From: a virus
Virus record (IMG/VR): IMGVR_UViG_3300040809_000188
Coordinates: 1-64,000 of that record
Direction: 5' to 3' (one strand)
Length of the DNA: 64,000 nt
Part shown: positions 1-9,877 of the stretch, one piece after another
Layout: every line of letters begins with the position of its first letter
Numbering within the stretch: position 1 is the stretch's first letter
Notes under the pieces: model-generated
The model's input: only the letters and a program-made list of their open reading frames with translations
The model's database searches: none
Told to the model about the DNA's origin: nothing
Program-made: the position numbers and the translations under genes

Positions 1-918
1 GCCTTCTTAAATGAAGAACTTGTCGATGTTTCTAATATCGATTCGGATAATGAGTTCTTTTCACAAGGAGCAAGAGTCAACGTCAATCCGGCTTATTTCG
101 GTATTCGTTCAGATATTGAACAGAATGGATACTCACTAGCGCAACTTCCAATCATGCTGATGAAGTTGAAGAGCGGTAAGTACGTTGTCCTTGAGGGCCG
201 TACACGATTTAATATTCTTATCAATATGGGTTGTACTAACATCATTGCTCATGTTTTTGATGAGACAACACCAGCAAATGCTCTACGTTTTGCTACTATG
301 ATGAACTCTGAAAACAAGCCATATGGTGAAGCAACCGTTATGGACATTGAGAAGACAATCCTTCGTTTAGTTGAGTATGGAGAGATTTCAAACGAACAGT
401 CTATGGAATCTTTTGTTGATCAGGTCTTGTATGAGATCAATATTATTTCCACAAAACTAAATGCAACACAAGTAAGTACGATTTGTCACAAAGCAAGAGA
501 AATCAAAGAAGGTGTTCAGCAAATCATTTCTTTTCCAGAAGGAAGAGGTGCTAAAGAGTGGTTGGATAAACATGGATATACCGATAATCGTGAAGTGGTA
601 TATTTTCCGATTGCGTCTTACATTGATAAGACTTTCAGTCGTATCATTAAGGCAGAAGAGTACTATGGTCCAGACGTAAAAGAAATTCGTTTGATTGTTC
701 ACACTGGAACTCCTGATGGAAGAAACCCAGAAAATCACTGGATCAAGAAGGGTGTAGATTTCAAGAAACGATTTGATATGTTTGAACGACAGATTTCTAA
801 GTATCGGTTTGGTAACGCAAAACCAATCGAAGGTCGTACCGTTCTTTATGGAGTAATTCCACAGGTCAAGTCACTTTCTAAAAAGTATCCTATGAACTCT
901 CTTCATATTTACAAATAA
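1..918 (+). CDS. ParB/Srx-like N-terminal domain protein (5'-truncated by window edge)
   Basis: Frame open from base 1; motif IEQNGY..LPIML....KYVVLEGRTR resembles the ParB/Srx core. Confidence 0.55.
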   Translation, partial: AFLNEELVDVSNIDSDNEFFSQGARVNVNPAYFGIRSDIEQNGYSLAQLPIMLMKLKSGKYVVLEGRTRFNILINMGCTNIIAHVFDETTPANALRFATMMNSENKPYGEATVMDIEKTILRLVEYGEISNEQSMESFVDQVLYEINIISTKLNATQVSTICHKAREIKEGVQQIISFPEGRGAKEWLDKHGYTDNREVVYFPIASYIDKTFSRIIKAEEYYGPDVKEIRLIVHTGTPDGRNPENHWIKKGVDFKKRFDMFERQISKYRFGNAKPIEGRTVLYGVIPQVKSLSKKYPMNSLHIYK

Positions 919-923
919 GGCCC

Positions 924-977
924 TTGACATTCTTCTCTACTTATGGTAAGGTGATTCGTTAATGAGAAATAGAGGTA
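924..977 (+). promoter_or_regulatory. Early sigma70-type promoter with GTGATTCG motif and AGAGGT RBS
   Basis: TTGACA 924-929, TG-N-TAAGGT 947-952, GTGATTCG 951-958. Confidence 0.75.
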
Positions 978-981
978 ACTT

Positions 982-1848
982 ATGTACTCCAAAGAACTAG
1001 AATCTCGTATCGACACCTTACTTGAGAATAGAGGTATCGCAGGTCACACAGCCGCTGATCGCTTTATCTCTGACTTCAAATCATATCTGTGTTACTATGA
1101 TGTTACGACAAATGGTAACGCAGAATACACACTTACACTTTTAGAGAATGATGCTAATCTTGTTAGTAACACTGTTCTCTATTCAAACTTTCGTACAACT
1201 TTTGATGATCTGATTCCAGAAATCTTACGTCAAGATATCATCTTTCCTTTGCTGTTCAAGAAACTGATTGGTAGTAATGGTACGGCCATTGGTATTGGTG
1301 AACTTGCATTTCCACTCATCATTGCGGGCTACAGTTTCAGCAATGATAGTGATGGTGTTTTGGATAATGGTGCTAAAGTCGAGATTAAAAAGAATGGTGC
1401 TAGTCTGAAGCCTGTAAAGACAGGTCTTACTGACAAGGGTTTGGTTGATAAACTCAATGCTAAGTATTTTGCTGGAACAGCGCCTGGTATGAAACTTCCA
1501 AAGAAGTTCGATGAACACATTGCAACTGTCTCTGATCCAAGCGTATATGCAGACTACTTTAAGGAACTGTATGTCGGCTGTGATACTACAGAACTCGCTA
1601 AAGAGATTGCTGAATGTTATACTGATGCAGTTGCTTTCAATACCGCTGTTGGTAAGTTTGCTTTGAAAAACTATAAGCGTGTTGATGGTTGGAACAACAT
1701 CATATACATAGATGATGAGAAAATGACACTTGTGAATATTGCTGATTTGACTGATATCGATAAACTTGGATTGAAGTTTACTCCAAAGTTCAAGCGTGGC
1801 GGTGATACACGAGCAATCGCAGATGGTTATGTGAATGTGGCTATATAA
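982..1848 (+). CDS. Putative PD-(D/E)XK restriction-like endonuclease
   Basis: GIGE...SDGVLDNGAKVEIK catalytic-like motif; stop overlaps methylase start (TAATG). Confidence 0.55.
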   Translation: MYSKELESRIDTLLENRGIAGHTAADRFISDFKSYLCYYDVTTNGNAEYTLTLLENDANLVSNTVLYSNFRTTFDDLIPEILRQDIIFPLLFKKLIGSNGTAIGIGELAFPLIIAGYSFSNDSDGVLDNGAKVEIKKNGASLKPVKTGLTDKGLVDKLNAKYFAGTAPGMKLPKKFDEHIATVSDPSVYADYFKELYVGCDTTELAKEIAECYTDAVAFNTAVGKFALKNYKRVDGWNNIIYIDDEKMTLVNIADLTDIDKLGLKFTPKFKRGGDTRAIADGYVNVAI

Positions 1849-2711
1849 TGACTAAACCTTTATTCATCTGGGCTGGTGGTAAGAACAAGATGCTAAAGCA
1901 TTACTTACCACTTATGCCTGATCAAAATATAGAAACATACTCTGAACCATTTTTCGGTGGTGGAGCAATGCTTCTATATGTCGTTGAGAGATACAATCCA
2001 AAAGAGATTTGGATAAACGACATCAATAAAGGATTGGTAAGTATCTACACACACATTCGTGATAACAAACAAGAGTTTTGCTCCATTCTTGATGACTATT
2101 CCAAGCAGTACCTACCACTATCAAAAGAAGATAGGAAGAAGTTTTACTACGACTTGAGGGAAGAGAATGCTTGGAACTATCAAACTTGGGGTGAGGTAAA
2201 AGAATCTGCTGTTCTGTACTTCCTTATGAAGACTGGATTCAATGGTATCTGGCAGATCAACAAAAACACAAACAATCGATATGGTACGCCTGCTGGATTG
2301 CTAAACCAAAAAGACAAGGTTTACGATAAAGGTGTGGTAGACTACTGGCACAAAATGATGAACGAGAGAACGACTCATTTGTTGTGCGGTGACTGGAGTG
2401 AAGCACCAGTTTGTGATTTCACATATTATGATCCACCTTATCGTGGTAGTTTTGCGGATTACAATCAGCCATTCTCTGATGAAGAGTGTGAGAAGTTGAT
2501 TGCTAATGTGGAAAACAACAGCAACGTATGGTTAGCAAATCGTGATATCGGTGATGGTTTTTTTGACAATCGAAATGCGATATGTAAGAAGTTTCCTGTT
2601 ACATATACCGCTGGTAGAAGAAAGAAAACCGAAGAAGGTCATGAAGCAAAGAAAGCAACTGAGATTTTGCTTTACAATACATCAAATAGAACTATTGACG
2701 ATTTCTTCTAA
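1848..2711 (+). CDS. dam: DNA adenine methyltransferase, Dam/D12 class
   Basis: WAGGK, EPFFGGG, INDIN and DPPY motifs. Confidence 0.9.
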   Translation: MTKPLFIWAGGKNKMLKHYLPLMPDQNIETYSEPFFGGGAMLLYVVERYNPKEIWINDINKGLVSIYTHIRDNKQEFCSILDDYSKQYLPLSKEDRKKFYYDLREENAWNYQTWGEVKESAVLYFLMKTGFNGIWQINKNTNNRYGTPAGLLNQKDKVYDKGVVDYWHKMMNERTTHLLCGDWSEAPVCDFTYYDPPYRGSFADYNQPFSDEECEKLIANVENNSNVWLANRDIGDGFFDNRNAICKKFPVTYTAGRRKKTEEGHEAKKATEILLYNTSNRTIDDFF

Positions 2712-2719
2712 AACAGCCC

Positions 2720-2777
2720 TTGACATATGTAAACCATTATGATAGATTCAACAAGTAATGAGAGAGGTGATTCGCAA
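2720..2777 (+). promoter_or_regulatory. Early promoter with conserved leader
   Basis: TTGACA 2720, TAGATT 2743, GAGAGAGGTGATTCGCAA directly before ATG 2778. Confidence 0.8.
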
Positions 2778-5006
2778 ATGGTAAATATCCAGTCTAAAGA
2801 AGTCCTTGCTCGTCTGCTTGCTACTGAGAATCTTACGGTAGTTCATGAGAATGTGCAGACTGCTTCATTTAATGTTGAAGATCGTGTTTTGACACTGCCA
2901 CTTTGGGATGGCATGGAAAACTACACTTATGATCATCTAGTGGGTCATGAGATTGCTCACGCTCTTTACACGCCCGCTCAGAAGTGGATGGACGCCGCTG
3001 GTAATGGTGGTAGAGGATTTCAGTCTTTTCTGAACGTAGTCGAGGACGCCCGTATTGAGCGGATGGTTCAAAAGCGGTATCCCGGCCTTCGTAAGTCATT
3101 CATCAAGTCTTACAAGAAAATGCTTGCTGATGGCTTCTTCGGAAAAAGTTCTGAAGAAATAAATAGTTTCAAACTCATCGACCGTCTGAACGTATTCTTC
3201 AAGTGTGGACAAACTGTCGGTGTTGAGTTCAGTAAAGAAGAGAAGTCTTGGATTTCTGAGATTGACAAGGCTGATACGTTTGAGCAAGTAATCGATATTG
3301 CTACTCGTCTTTATGGTAAAGCAAAAGAAGAACATGAGGAAGAGCAACAGGCGATGTCTGAGGCTTTTGCTCAAATGCAACAGGAATACGGCGATGAAGA
3401 CACTTCCGATGAAGGCGAATACGATATTTCTGAAGGTTTCGGATACGAATCTGACATGGAGACAGAGAGCAATGATCAAGCGAAAAGCGGCTCTGAGGAA
3501 GGCGATTCGGAAGAAGACAATCAATCATCAGTAGGTACTAAAGACACCACTGGTGACGCTTCTAAGAGCGATTCAGAGGGGTCTCAGAACACTACTAGCG
3601 GTCATGACGGTGGTGAGCATGGTCCTGAATCTGTTACCGATAAGTCACTGAATGAAAACATTTCTAATGAGTTTGGTGCTGATCCTGATAAGAGATTCTT
3701 CAATCTGACACTTCCAACCAACAAAACTAAAGTGACAACTGATCGTATTGTCGATTACAAAACAGTACTGTCTCTGTTCGATGATCGTCCAGAGGCTTTT
3801 GATGATGGTGCTGAACTGCTTAAAGTCTTTCAGCGTGACAACAAAAAGACAATCAACTACCTTGTCAAAGAGTTTGAGATGAAGAAAAGAGCCGCTGAAT
3901 ACAAGCGGGCTACTATCTCTAAAACTGGTGTCATCGATACTCTCAAAATGAACAACTACATGTACAGTGATGATATCTTCAAGAAAATGACTGTGTTGCC
4001 TGAGGGTAAGAACCATGGTCTGCTGATGTTCATCGACTGGTCTGGCTCTATGGTGTCTGAGATAAAGAACACCATCGAACAGTTACTAAACCTTGTACAG
4101 TTTTGTAAGCAAGTAAACATTCCTTTCGAGGTCTATGCTTTCACCGATAGATGGGATCGTAATAACAGATATTATCATCGTGATATATTCGATCTCTATG
4201 AGATTGGCTATGACGGCGACTTTCGCTTGGTTCAGTTCTTCTCAAACAAGATGAGCCGGAATGATTATCAGAAAATGTGTAAAGCAATGCTTGCAATGGG
4301 CGAGTTCTTTGATCGGTGGAGTAATCGCTACACTATGAAATGGACTTTGCCTGGTCCTCTTTACCTTGGCGGTACACCACTTGATGATGCTATTGTTGCT
4401 GGTATGATCATTCATGATATCTTCAAAAACAAAAATAGATTGGATGTAGTGAACACAATCTATCTGACAGATGGTGCAAGCGCCGCTATGGAGTTTAGTT
4501 CCAAGGAAAAAACATTTACAGGTAAGGACGAGTACACCACCGAAAGACATTTGGACTTCGGTCGGTATTCTGGACTCGATAAGAATGTAGTATGTTACAT
4601 GACTGATCCAGTAACTAAAAAGCGGTATCGGTACAACAACGGTGAACGTGCCACGCCTCAACTGCTGAGAATCTTTCGGGATCACACTGGTTCTAACGTG
4701 ATTGGATTTCATATCTTACCTTATCGGAAGCCTTCTGCTTTGCGTGAGATTCCAACTGGTGATTATTTTGAGCGAGAGAATATGTGGGGTGATCTAAAGA
4801 AGGATAACTACTGCATCATACCGAACTTTGGATACAGTGCATATTTTGGCATTCTAGGTGGTAAAGCACTTGAGACATCTAATGGTGCAATCGAAGTCAC
4901 TGAGGATGCTACCAAGGCTCAGATACGTTCTGCTTTTAAGAAAGCAAACAAAACACGCAAGGGCAGTCGAGTTATGCTTTCCAAGTTTATCGACTTGGTA
5001 GCATAA
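2778..5006 (+). CDS. HEXXH metallopeptidase-like / vWA domain protein (CobT-like partner of the AAA ATPase)
   Basis: HEIAH, NVVEDARIE, acidic linker, MIDAS DWSGS, GGTP, LTDG; start moved to ATG after RBS. Confidence 0.8.
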   Translation: MVNIQSKEVLARLLATENLTVVHENVQTASFNVEDRVLTLPLWDGMENYTYDHLVGHEIAHALYTPAQKWMDAAGNGGRGFQSFLNVVEDARIERMVQKRYPGLRKSFIKSYKKMLADGFFGKSSEEINSFKLIDRLNVFFKCGQTVGVEFSKEEKSWISEIDKADTFEQVIDIATRLYGKAKEEHEEEQQAMSEAFAQMQQEYGDEDTSDEGEYDISEGFGYESDMETESNDQAKSGSEEGDSEEDNQSSVGTKDTTGDASKSDSEGSQNTTSGHDGGEHGPESVTDKSLNENISNEFGADPDKRFFNLTLPTNKTKVTTDRIVDYKTVLSLFDDRPEAFDDGAELLKVFQRDNKKTINYLVKEFEMKKRAAEYKRATISKTGVIDTLKMNNYMYSDDIFKKMTVLPEGKNHGLLMFIDWSGSMVSEIKNTIEQLLNLVQFCKQVNIPFEVYAFTDRWDRNNRYYHRDIFDLYEIGYDGDFRLVQFFSNKMSRNDYQKMCKAMLAMGEFFDRWSNRYTMKWTLPGPLYLGGTPLDDAIVAGMIIHDIFKNKNRLDVVNTIYLTDGASAAMEFSSKEKTFTGKDEYTTERHLDFGRYSGLDKNVVCYMTDPVTKKRYRYNNGERATPQLLRIFRDHTGSNVIGFHILPYRKPSALREIPTGDYFERENMWGDLKKDNYCIIPNFGYSAYFGILGGKALETSNGAIEVTEDATKAQIRSAFKKANKTRKGSRVMLSKFIDLVA

Positions 5007-5012
5007 TAGCCC

Positions 5013-5080
5013 TTGACATCATCGTTGTATTATGTTAGATTCAACAAGTAATGAGAAAAGTGATTCGCAACTGAGAGAGG
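5013..5080 (+). promoter_or_regulatory. Early promoter with conserved leader
   Basis: TTGACA 5013; TAGATTCAACAAGTAATGAGA identical to 2743 copy; GTGATTCGCAA 5060-5070. Confidence 0.8.
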
Positions 5081-5087
5081 ATTTGTT

Positions 5088-6239
5088 ATGCGTAAACTGA
5101 ACAAGACCCAGAAAGCATTTGTAGCGTTGGCCCAGAAAGAGTTTGGTTCAACAGTCACACGGGCTGAAGCAATCAAACTTGCTGAGAACAATGGATTTCG
5201 CCGTCCAACATGGCTCCTCAACAAGCCAGACTATCGTGTAGGTCACGGTATGTATGAACTGCCTGGCGTTGCTAAAGTAGAAAAGCCAGAGGCAGAAGTT
5301 GCACTTCTTCCAAACACACTTGTCACAAACATGAATGTCGAAACTGAATCATTCACTGAGAACTTGATTCCAGAAGAAGATGAGTTGTTTGTTCCATTTG
5401 GTGATTTCAAAAAGATTAAGCAAATCATCAAATCAGGTATGTTCTATCCAGTTTATGTGACAGGTCTGTCAGGTAATGGTAAGACATTCGGTATCGAACA
5501 GGCTTGCGCTCAAGCAAAGCGTGAAGTTATCCGTATCAACTTTACAGTTGAGACTGATGAAGATGACTTGATTGGTGGCTTCCGTCTAGTAAACGGTGAA
5601 ACCAAGTTCTTCAAAGGTCCAGTTATTAAAGCCATGGAGCGTGGCGCCGTTGCACTGCTAGATGAACTTGATCTCGCTAATCCAGCGAAGGTTATGTGCT
5701 TGCAGTCAATCCTCGAAGGCAAAGGCTACTTCATCAAGAAGACTGGTGAGTATGTCAAGCCTGCTCCGGGCTTTACGATCATCGCCACTGCCAATACCAA
5801 GGGTAAAGGTTCTGACGATGGTCGTTTCATCGGCACTAACGTGATGAATGAAGCGTTTCTTGAGCGTTTCCCTATCACTGTCGAGCAGTCTTATCCACCA
5901 GTTGCTACTGAGAAAAAGATTCTCGGTAAAGTGTTTGATGATCTCGGCATCGATGTGATGGACAACTTTGAAGAGTTGCTTGTTGACTGGGCTGACATCA
6001 TTCGTAAGACTTACTATGATGGTGGTGTCGATGAGATTATCTCAACACGGCGTCTGGTCCACATTGCAAAAGCATACAGCATTTTCGGTGATCGTATGAC
6101 TGCGATTGAGATGTGCATCAATCGGTTCGATGAAGATACTAAGACCTCGTTCCGTGATCTCTACACTAAGGTAGATGCTGATGCTGAGTGTGAGGAAGAG
6201 TTGAAGAAGTCAGAGTTGACTGAAGAAGTACCATTCTAA
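5088..6239 (+). CDS. cobS: CobS-like MoxR-family AAA+ ATPase
   Basis: Walker A GLSGNGKT, Walker B LLDE, ATANTKG, NEAFLERF. Confidence 0.88.
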   Translation: MRKLNKTQKAFVALAQKEFGSTVTRAEAIKLAENNGFRRPTWLLNKPDYRVGHGMYELPGVAKVEKPEAEVALLPNTLVTNMNVETESFTENLIPEEDELFVPFGDFKKIKQIIKSGMFYPVYVTGLSGNGKTFGIEQACAQAKREVIRINFTVETDEDDLIGGFRLVNGETKFFKGPVIKAMERGAVALLDELDLANPAKVMCLQSILEGKGYFIKKTGEYVKPAPGFTIIATANTKGKGSDDGRFIGTNVMNEAFLERFPITVEQSYPPVATEKKILGKVFDDLGIDVMDNFEELLVDWADIIRKTYYDGGVDEIISTRRLVHIAKAYSIFGDRMTAIEMCINRFDEDTKTSFRDLYTKVDADAECEEELKKSELTEEVPF

Positions 6240-6264
6240 GTCACATAAATAACTGAAAATATTT

Positions 6265-6305
6265 AAGAAAGTGCCTTGACATTGGGTGCTTTCTTACTAT
6301 ATAAT
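6265..6305 (+). terminator. Hairpin terminator overlapping the next sigma70 promoter
   Basis: AAGAAAGTGCCT/GGGTGCTTTCTT stem with TTGACA (6276) at the loop; TATAAT 6300. Confidence 0.55.
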
Positions 6306-6337
6306 CTACACAATGTTTTTATTATAGGAGTTTTGAG

Positions 6338-7201
6338 TTGGAAATCACAATCGAACTAGAGCAGTTGCGAAAGAAAAAAATCTTTGTTGCAACGCCCATG
6401 TATGGTGGTAACTGTCATGGCATGTACACAAAGTCAACTGCTGATCTAGCAAAACTTGGTGCCATGTATGAGATGGATATCAAGTTCTTTTATCTCTTCA
6501 ATGAATCTCTAATCACTAGAGCAAGAAACTATTGCGTAGATGAGTTCATGCGTGGTGACTATACGCACCTTATGTTTATCGACTCTGACATTGGTTTTGA
6601 TCCTAACGATGTCATCACACTAGCCGCTTTGTCTAATCCAGATGAGCCTGATGATAGTAAGCGCATGGATATCCTATGTGGTCCTTATCCAAAGAAGACT
6701 ATTGCTTGGGAAAAGATTAAACGTGCTGTTGATAAAGGCTGGGCTGATGAGAACCCAGGCGATCTAGAAAAATTTGTTGGTGACTATGTTTTCAATCCAG
6801 ATACAGATAGCGCAAAAGTAAGACTTGATGAGCCTGTTCCAGTTCTTGAAGGTGGTACTGGTTTCATGATGATCACTAAGAATGCTTTCAAAAAGTTCGA
6901 TGAAGCATATCCAGATTACTCATATCTACCTGATCATGTTCGCACAAAGCACTTTGATGGTAGTCGTGAAATCATGATGTACTTCCAAGCACTGATTGAT
7001 CCTGAGTCAAAGCGTTATCTGTCCGAAGACTACATGTTCTGTCAGTGGATGCGTAAGATTGGTGTCAAGACTTGGATGTGTCCATGGATGCGTCTGCTTC
7101 ACACTGGTTCATATACATTCGGTGGTAGTTTGAGTGATCTCGCTCAACTTGGCGCAACTGCAACCGCTGATCCTGATGAAATTAAGATGATGAAAAAATG
7201 A
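6338..7201 (+). CDS. GT-A fold glycosyltransferase-like protein
   Basis: VATPMYGG, ESLITRARN, FIDSDI (DXD), YLSEDY. Confidence 0.7.
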   Translation: MEITIELEQLRKKKIFVATPMYGGNCHGMYTKSTADLAKLGAMYEMDIKFFYLFNESLITRARNYCVDEFMRGDYTHLMFIDSDIGFDPNDVITLAALSNPDEPDDSKRMDILCGPYPKKTIAWEKIKRAVDKGWADENPGDLEKFVGDYVFNPDTDSAKVRLDEPVPVLEGGTGFMMITKNAFKKFDEAYPDYSYLPDHVRTKHFDGSREIMMYFQALIDPESKRYLSEDYMFCQWMRKIGVKTWMCPWMRLLHTGSYTFGGSLSDLAQLGATATADPDEIKMMKK

Positions 7202-7497
7202 GTAAGAAGTTTAAGTTTGACGAAGACAAGATTATAAAAGAGATATACGACTATGTGGCCGCCACTTATGATGGCCACTACTCTTTCAACAAGTTCCAGT
7301 CTACTGAGTTTATTATCGATAGTGGACATGGTGAAGGTTTCTGTATGGGCAATATCATCAAGTATTGTCAGAGATACGGAAAGAAGGACGGTAAGAACAG
7401 AAATGACTTGCTCAAGGTCGTCCACTATGCTATAATGGCTCTTTATATTGATTCACTTGAAAATAGAACTGAGGTAAATGATGATGAGAATCAGTGA
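7198..7497 (+). CDS. DUF3310-like protein (T7 gp1.7-like family)
   Basis: HY...GFCMGNIIKYCQRYGKK...DLLK motif. Confidence 0.7.
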   Translation: MSKKFKFDEDKIIKEIYDYVAATYDGHYSFNKFQSTEFIIDSGHGEGFCMGNIIKYCQRYGKKDGKNRNDLLKVVHYAIMALYIDSLENRTEVNDDENQ

Positions 7498-8155
7498 TGC
7501 TACGATGAATGTGTTGAAGAACTTTTCAACCATTAATCCTTCTCTTGCATTCAAGCAAGGAAACACAATCCGCACTGTAAGTGAGCAAAAGAACATCCTT
7601 GCTCAAGCGGTGGTGGAAGAAACCTTTCCAGTAGATTTTGCTATATATGAACTGAACCAGTTCCTTGGACTTGCAAGTCTCTTTGATAATGCTGACTTTG
7701 CATTTGGTGAAATGGATGTGACAATTCGTGATGAACACAACAAGTCACGTTCACGATATACATATACTGATCCTTCTATGGTGACATCACCACCAGAGAA
7801 GAATATTGATATGCCTGATCCAGAGATTGTATTCTCTGTTACGGCTGATGATTTGAAAGCAGTAGTATCTGCGGCTAATCAACTGGGTCTTCCAGAAGTT
7901 GTTGTTCGTGGTGGTACGATGGGTATTTCTCTTGTCGCTACTGACACAAAGAACCCAACATCAAATGAATACAGTCGTGATGTTGCTCCTAGCAATGGTG
8001 ACGTATTCAACATGGTTTTCAAAACTGAAAATCTTAAATTCATCACTGGCGATTACGATGTGAAAATATCTAAAGCTGGTATCTCTCATTTTAAAAATAT
8101 CTCAGGCTATATCGAGTACTGGGTCGCAACAGAAACAAATTCGGAGTATAACTAA
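7481..8155 (+). CDS. gp45: Sliding clamp gp45
   Basis: LKNFSTINPS, FAIYELNQFL; precedes clamp loader; ATG choice 7478/7481/7484 ambiguous. Confidence 0.95.
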   Translation: MMRISDATMNVLKNFSTINPSLAFKQGNTIRTVSEQKNILAQAVVEETFPVDFAIYELNQFLGLASLFDNADFAFGEMDVTIRDEHNKSRSRYTYTDPSMVTSPPEKNIDMPDPEIVFSVTADDLKAVVSAANQLGLPEVVVRGGTMGISLVATDTKNPTSNEYSRDVAPSNGDVFNMVFKTENLKFITGDYDVKISKAGISHFKNISGYIEYWVATETNSEYN

Positions 8156-8156
8156 A

Positions 8157-8363
8157 ATGGCACAAGTAGAACCTCAAATGATGGCAAATATGGTACAAAT
8201 CATTGATGTTTGTACAAAACGTGGCGCCTTTGAAGGGCAAGAACTAGCTGGTGTAGCAACAGTAAGACAGTTCTTGATCGAAAAAATTCAAGAAGATCAA
8301 CCTGCACAAGACCCAGTTGGTCAATCTGTAGCTGATCTTCCAGCGGAAGCCACAGAACAATAA
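8157..8363 (+). CDS. Conserved small phage protein
   Basis: IIDVCTKRGAFEGQEL; tight operon spacing. Confidence 0.7.
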   Translation: MAQVEPQMMANMVQIIDVCTKRGAFEGQELAGVATVRQFLIEKIQEDQPAQDPVGQSVADLPAEATEQ

Positions 8364-8390
8364 GTCAAACTTTTATATTATGGGAATGTA

Positions 8391-9332
8391 ATGCGTGATA
8401 ATTTTTTATGGGTAGAAAAGTATCGTCCTAAGATGGTAAAGGATGCTGTTCTGCCACCCTCTCTGAAAGAAACCTTTCAGACCTTTGTGAACAACAAAAA
8501 CATTCCAAACCTCCTTCTAACTGGCTCTGCTGGTGTTGGTAAGACAACTATCGCTAGAGCCATGTTGGAAGAGTTGGACTGCGACTATATCGTAATCAAC
8601 GGTTCTGATGAAGGACGTTCTATTGACGTTCTGAGAAATGAACTGAGAAACTTTGCGTCATCTGTATCTTTTTCAGGTGGACGTAAGTATGTGATTCTAG
8701 ATGAAGCAGACTATCTCAATGCTAACTCTGTACAACCAGCACTGAGAAACTTCATGGAAGAGTATAGCAACAACTGTGGATTCATTCTTACTTGTAACTT
8801 TGTCAACAAGATTATTGCACCGCTACAAAGTCGATGTTCTGTGATTGAGTTCAAGATTAGCAATGCTGACAAACCACAGATGGCTAAAGAGTTCTTTCAG
8901 AGAATACAAAAGATTCTATTGCTAGAACAAGTCACATATGACAATAAGGTTGTAGCAGAAGTTGTCAAGAAATATTTTCCAGACAATCGTAGAGTACTCA
9001 ATGAACTACAAAGATACTCTGCTACTGGTACTATCGATACTGGTATTCTGTCTACTTTCTCCGACAAGAATCTAAACTCTCTCATCGAGGCTTTGAGAAA
9101 CAAAGAGTTCAGCACGGTTCGTAAATGGGTTGCACAGAATGTTGATGGTGATGTAGCACCACTCTTTCGTAAAATCTATGAAGGTATGAATGAATACATT
9201 CAGCCTCAGAGCATACCACAGACAGTTGTGACAATCGCTGACTATCAATACAAGTCTGCTTTTGTTGCTGATCAAGAGATCAATATCATGGCTTGTCTAA
9301 CTGAACTGATGGTAGAGGTTGAGTGGAAATGA
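8391..9332 (+). CDS. gp44: Clamp loader large subunit gp44
   Basis: LWVEKYRP, GSAGVGKT, LDEAD, SRC. Confidence 0.97.
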   Translation: MRDNFLWVEKYRPKMVKDAVLPPSLKETFQTFVNNKNIPNLLLTGSAGVGKTTIARAMLEELDCDYIVINGSDEGRSIDVLRNELRNFASSVSFSGGRKYVILDEADYLNANSVQPALRNFMEEYSNNCGFILTCNFVNKIIAPLQSRCSVIEFKISNADKPQMAKEFFQRIQKILLLEQVTYDNKVVAEVVKKYFPDNRRVLNELQRYSATGTIDTGILSTFSDKNLNSLIEALRNKEFSTVRKWVAQNVDGDVAPLFRKIYEGMNEYIQPQSIPQTVVTIADYQYKSAFVADQEINIMACLTELMVEVEWK

Positions 9333-9877
9333 TTACAGGTGTGAACGTAGATCAAATATTCTATACCGAAATGATTACCATGTCCGTATCTCAAGACACG
9401 GCTCAAGAAGTTCTACAAGAGGTTCATGCTAACAAGGATAAAATCAAACTTGTAAGTGATGCTACAAGAGAAGAGAATCCAGAGACATATGCAACAGACT
9501 GGTCCAGTCCAGTAAAAATCAAATCCTTTGAAAATCTTTTTGAGAATGGGATTGTAAGCGTATTCAAAGAAAATGGGCTGAACGTCAACCTAAAAACATA
9601 CTGGACTGCTATTTACAATCAGAATGCAGTTCATTCTATGCATAATCATGCAGATGTAATTTATGATAATAATCTCTTGTCTGGAATATTGTATCTGACA
9701 AGCATAGGTGAGACTGATTTTTTTGCTAATAGTATGTCTGCTAAATACACGCATTATAGACAAAATAGTGAGTTTGGAAGGATTGTCATCTTTCCCTCAA
9801 CGCTTTTACACAGTGTAAACTATCATCATAGTGATAAAGATAGGTATATTATTGCTTTTAATATGGGAGTTGAATAA
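9329..9877 (+). CDS. Putative 2OG-Fe(II) oxygenase
   Basis: HNH, LSGILY, IFPSTLLHSV, R..IAFN. Confidence 0.75.
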   Translation: MITGVNVDQIFYTEMITMSVSQDTAQEVLQEVHANKDKIKLVSDATREENPETYATDWSSPVKIKSFENLFENGIVSVFKENGLNVNLKTYWTAIYNQNAVHSMHNHADVIYDNNLLSGILYLTSIGETDFFANSMSAKYTHYRQNSEFGRIVIFPSTLLHSVNYHHSDKDRYIIAFNMGVE

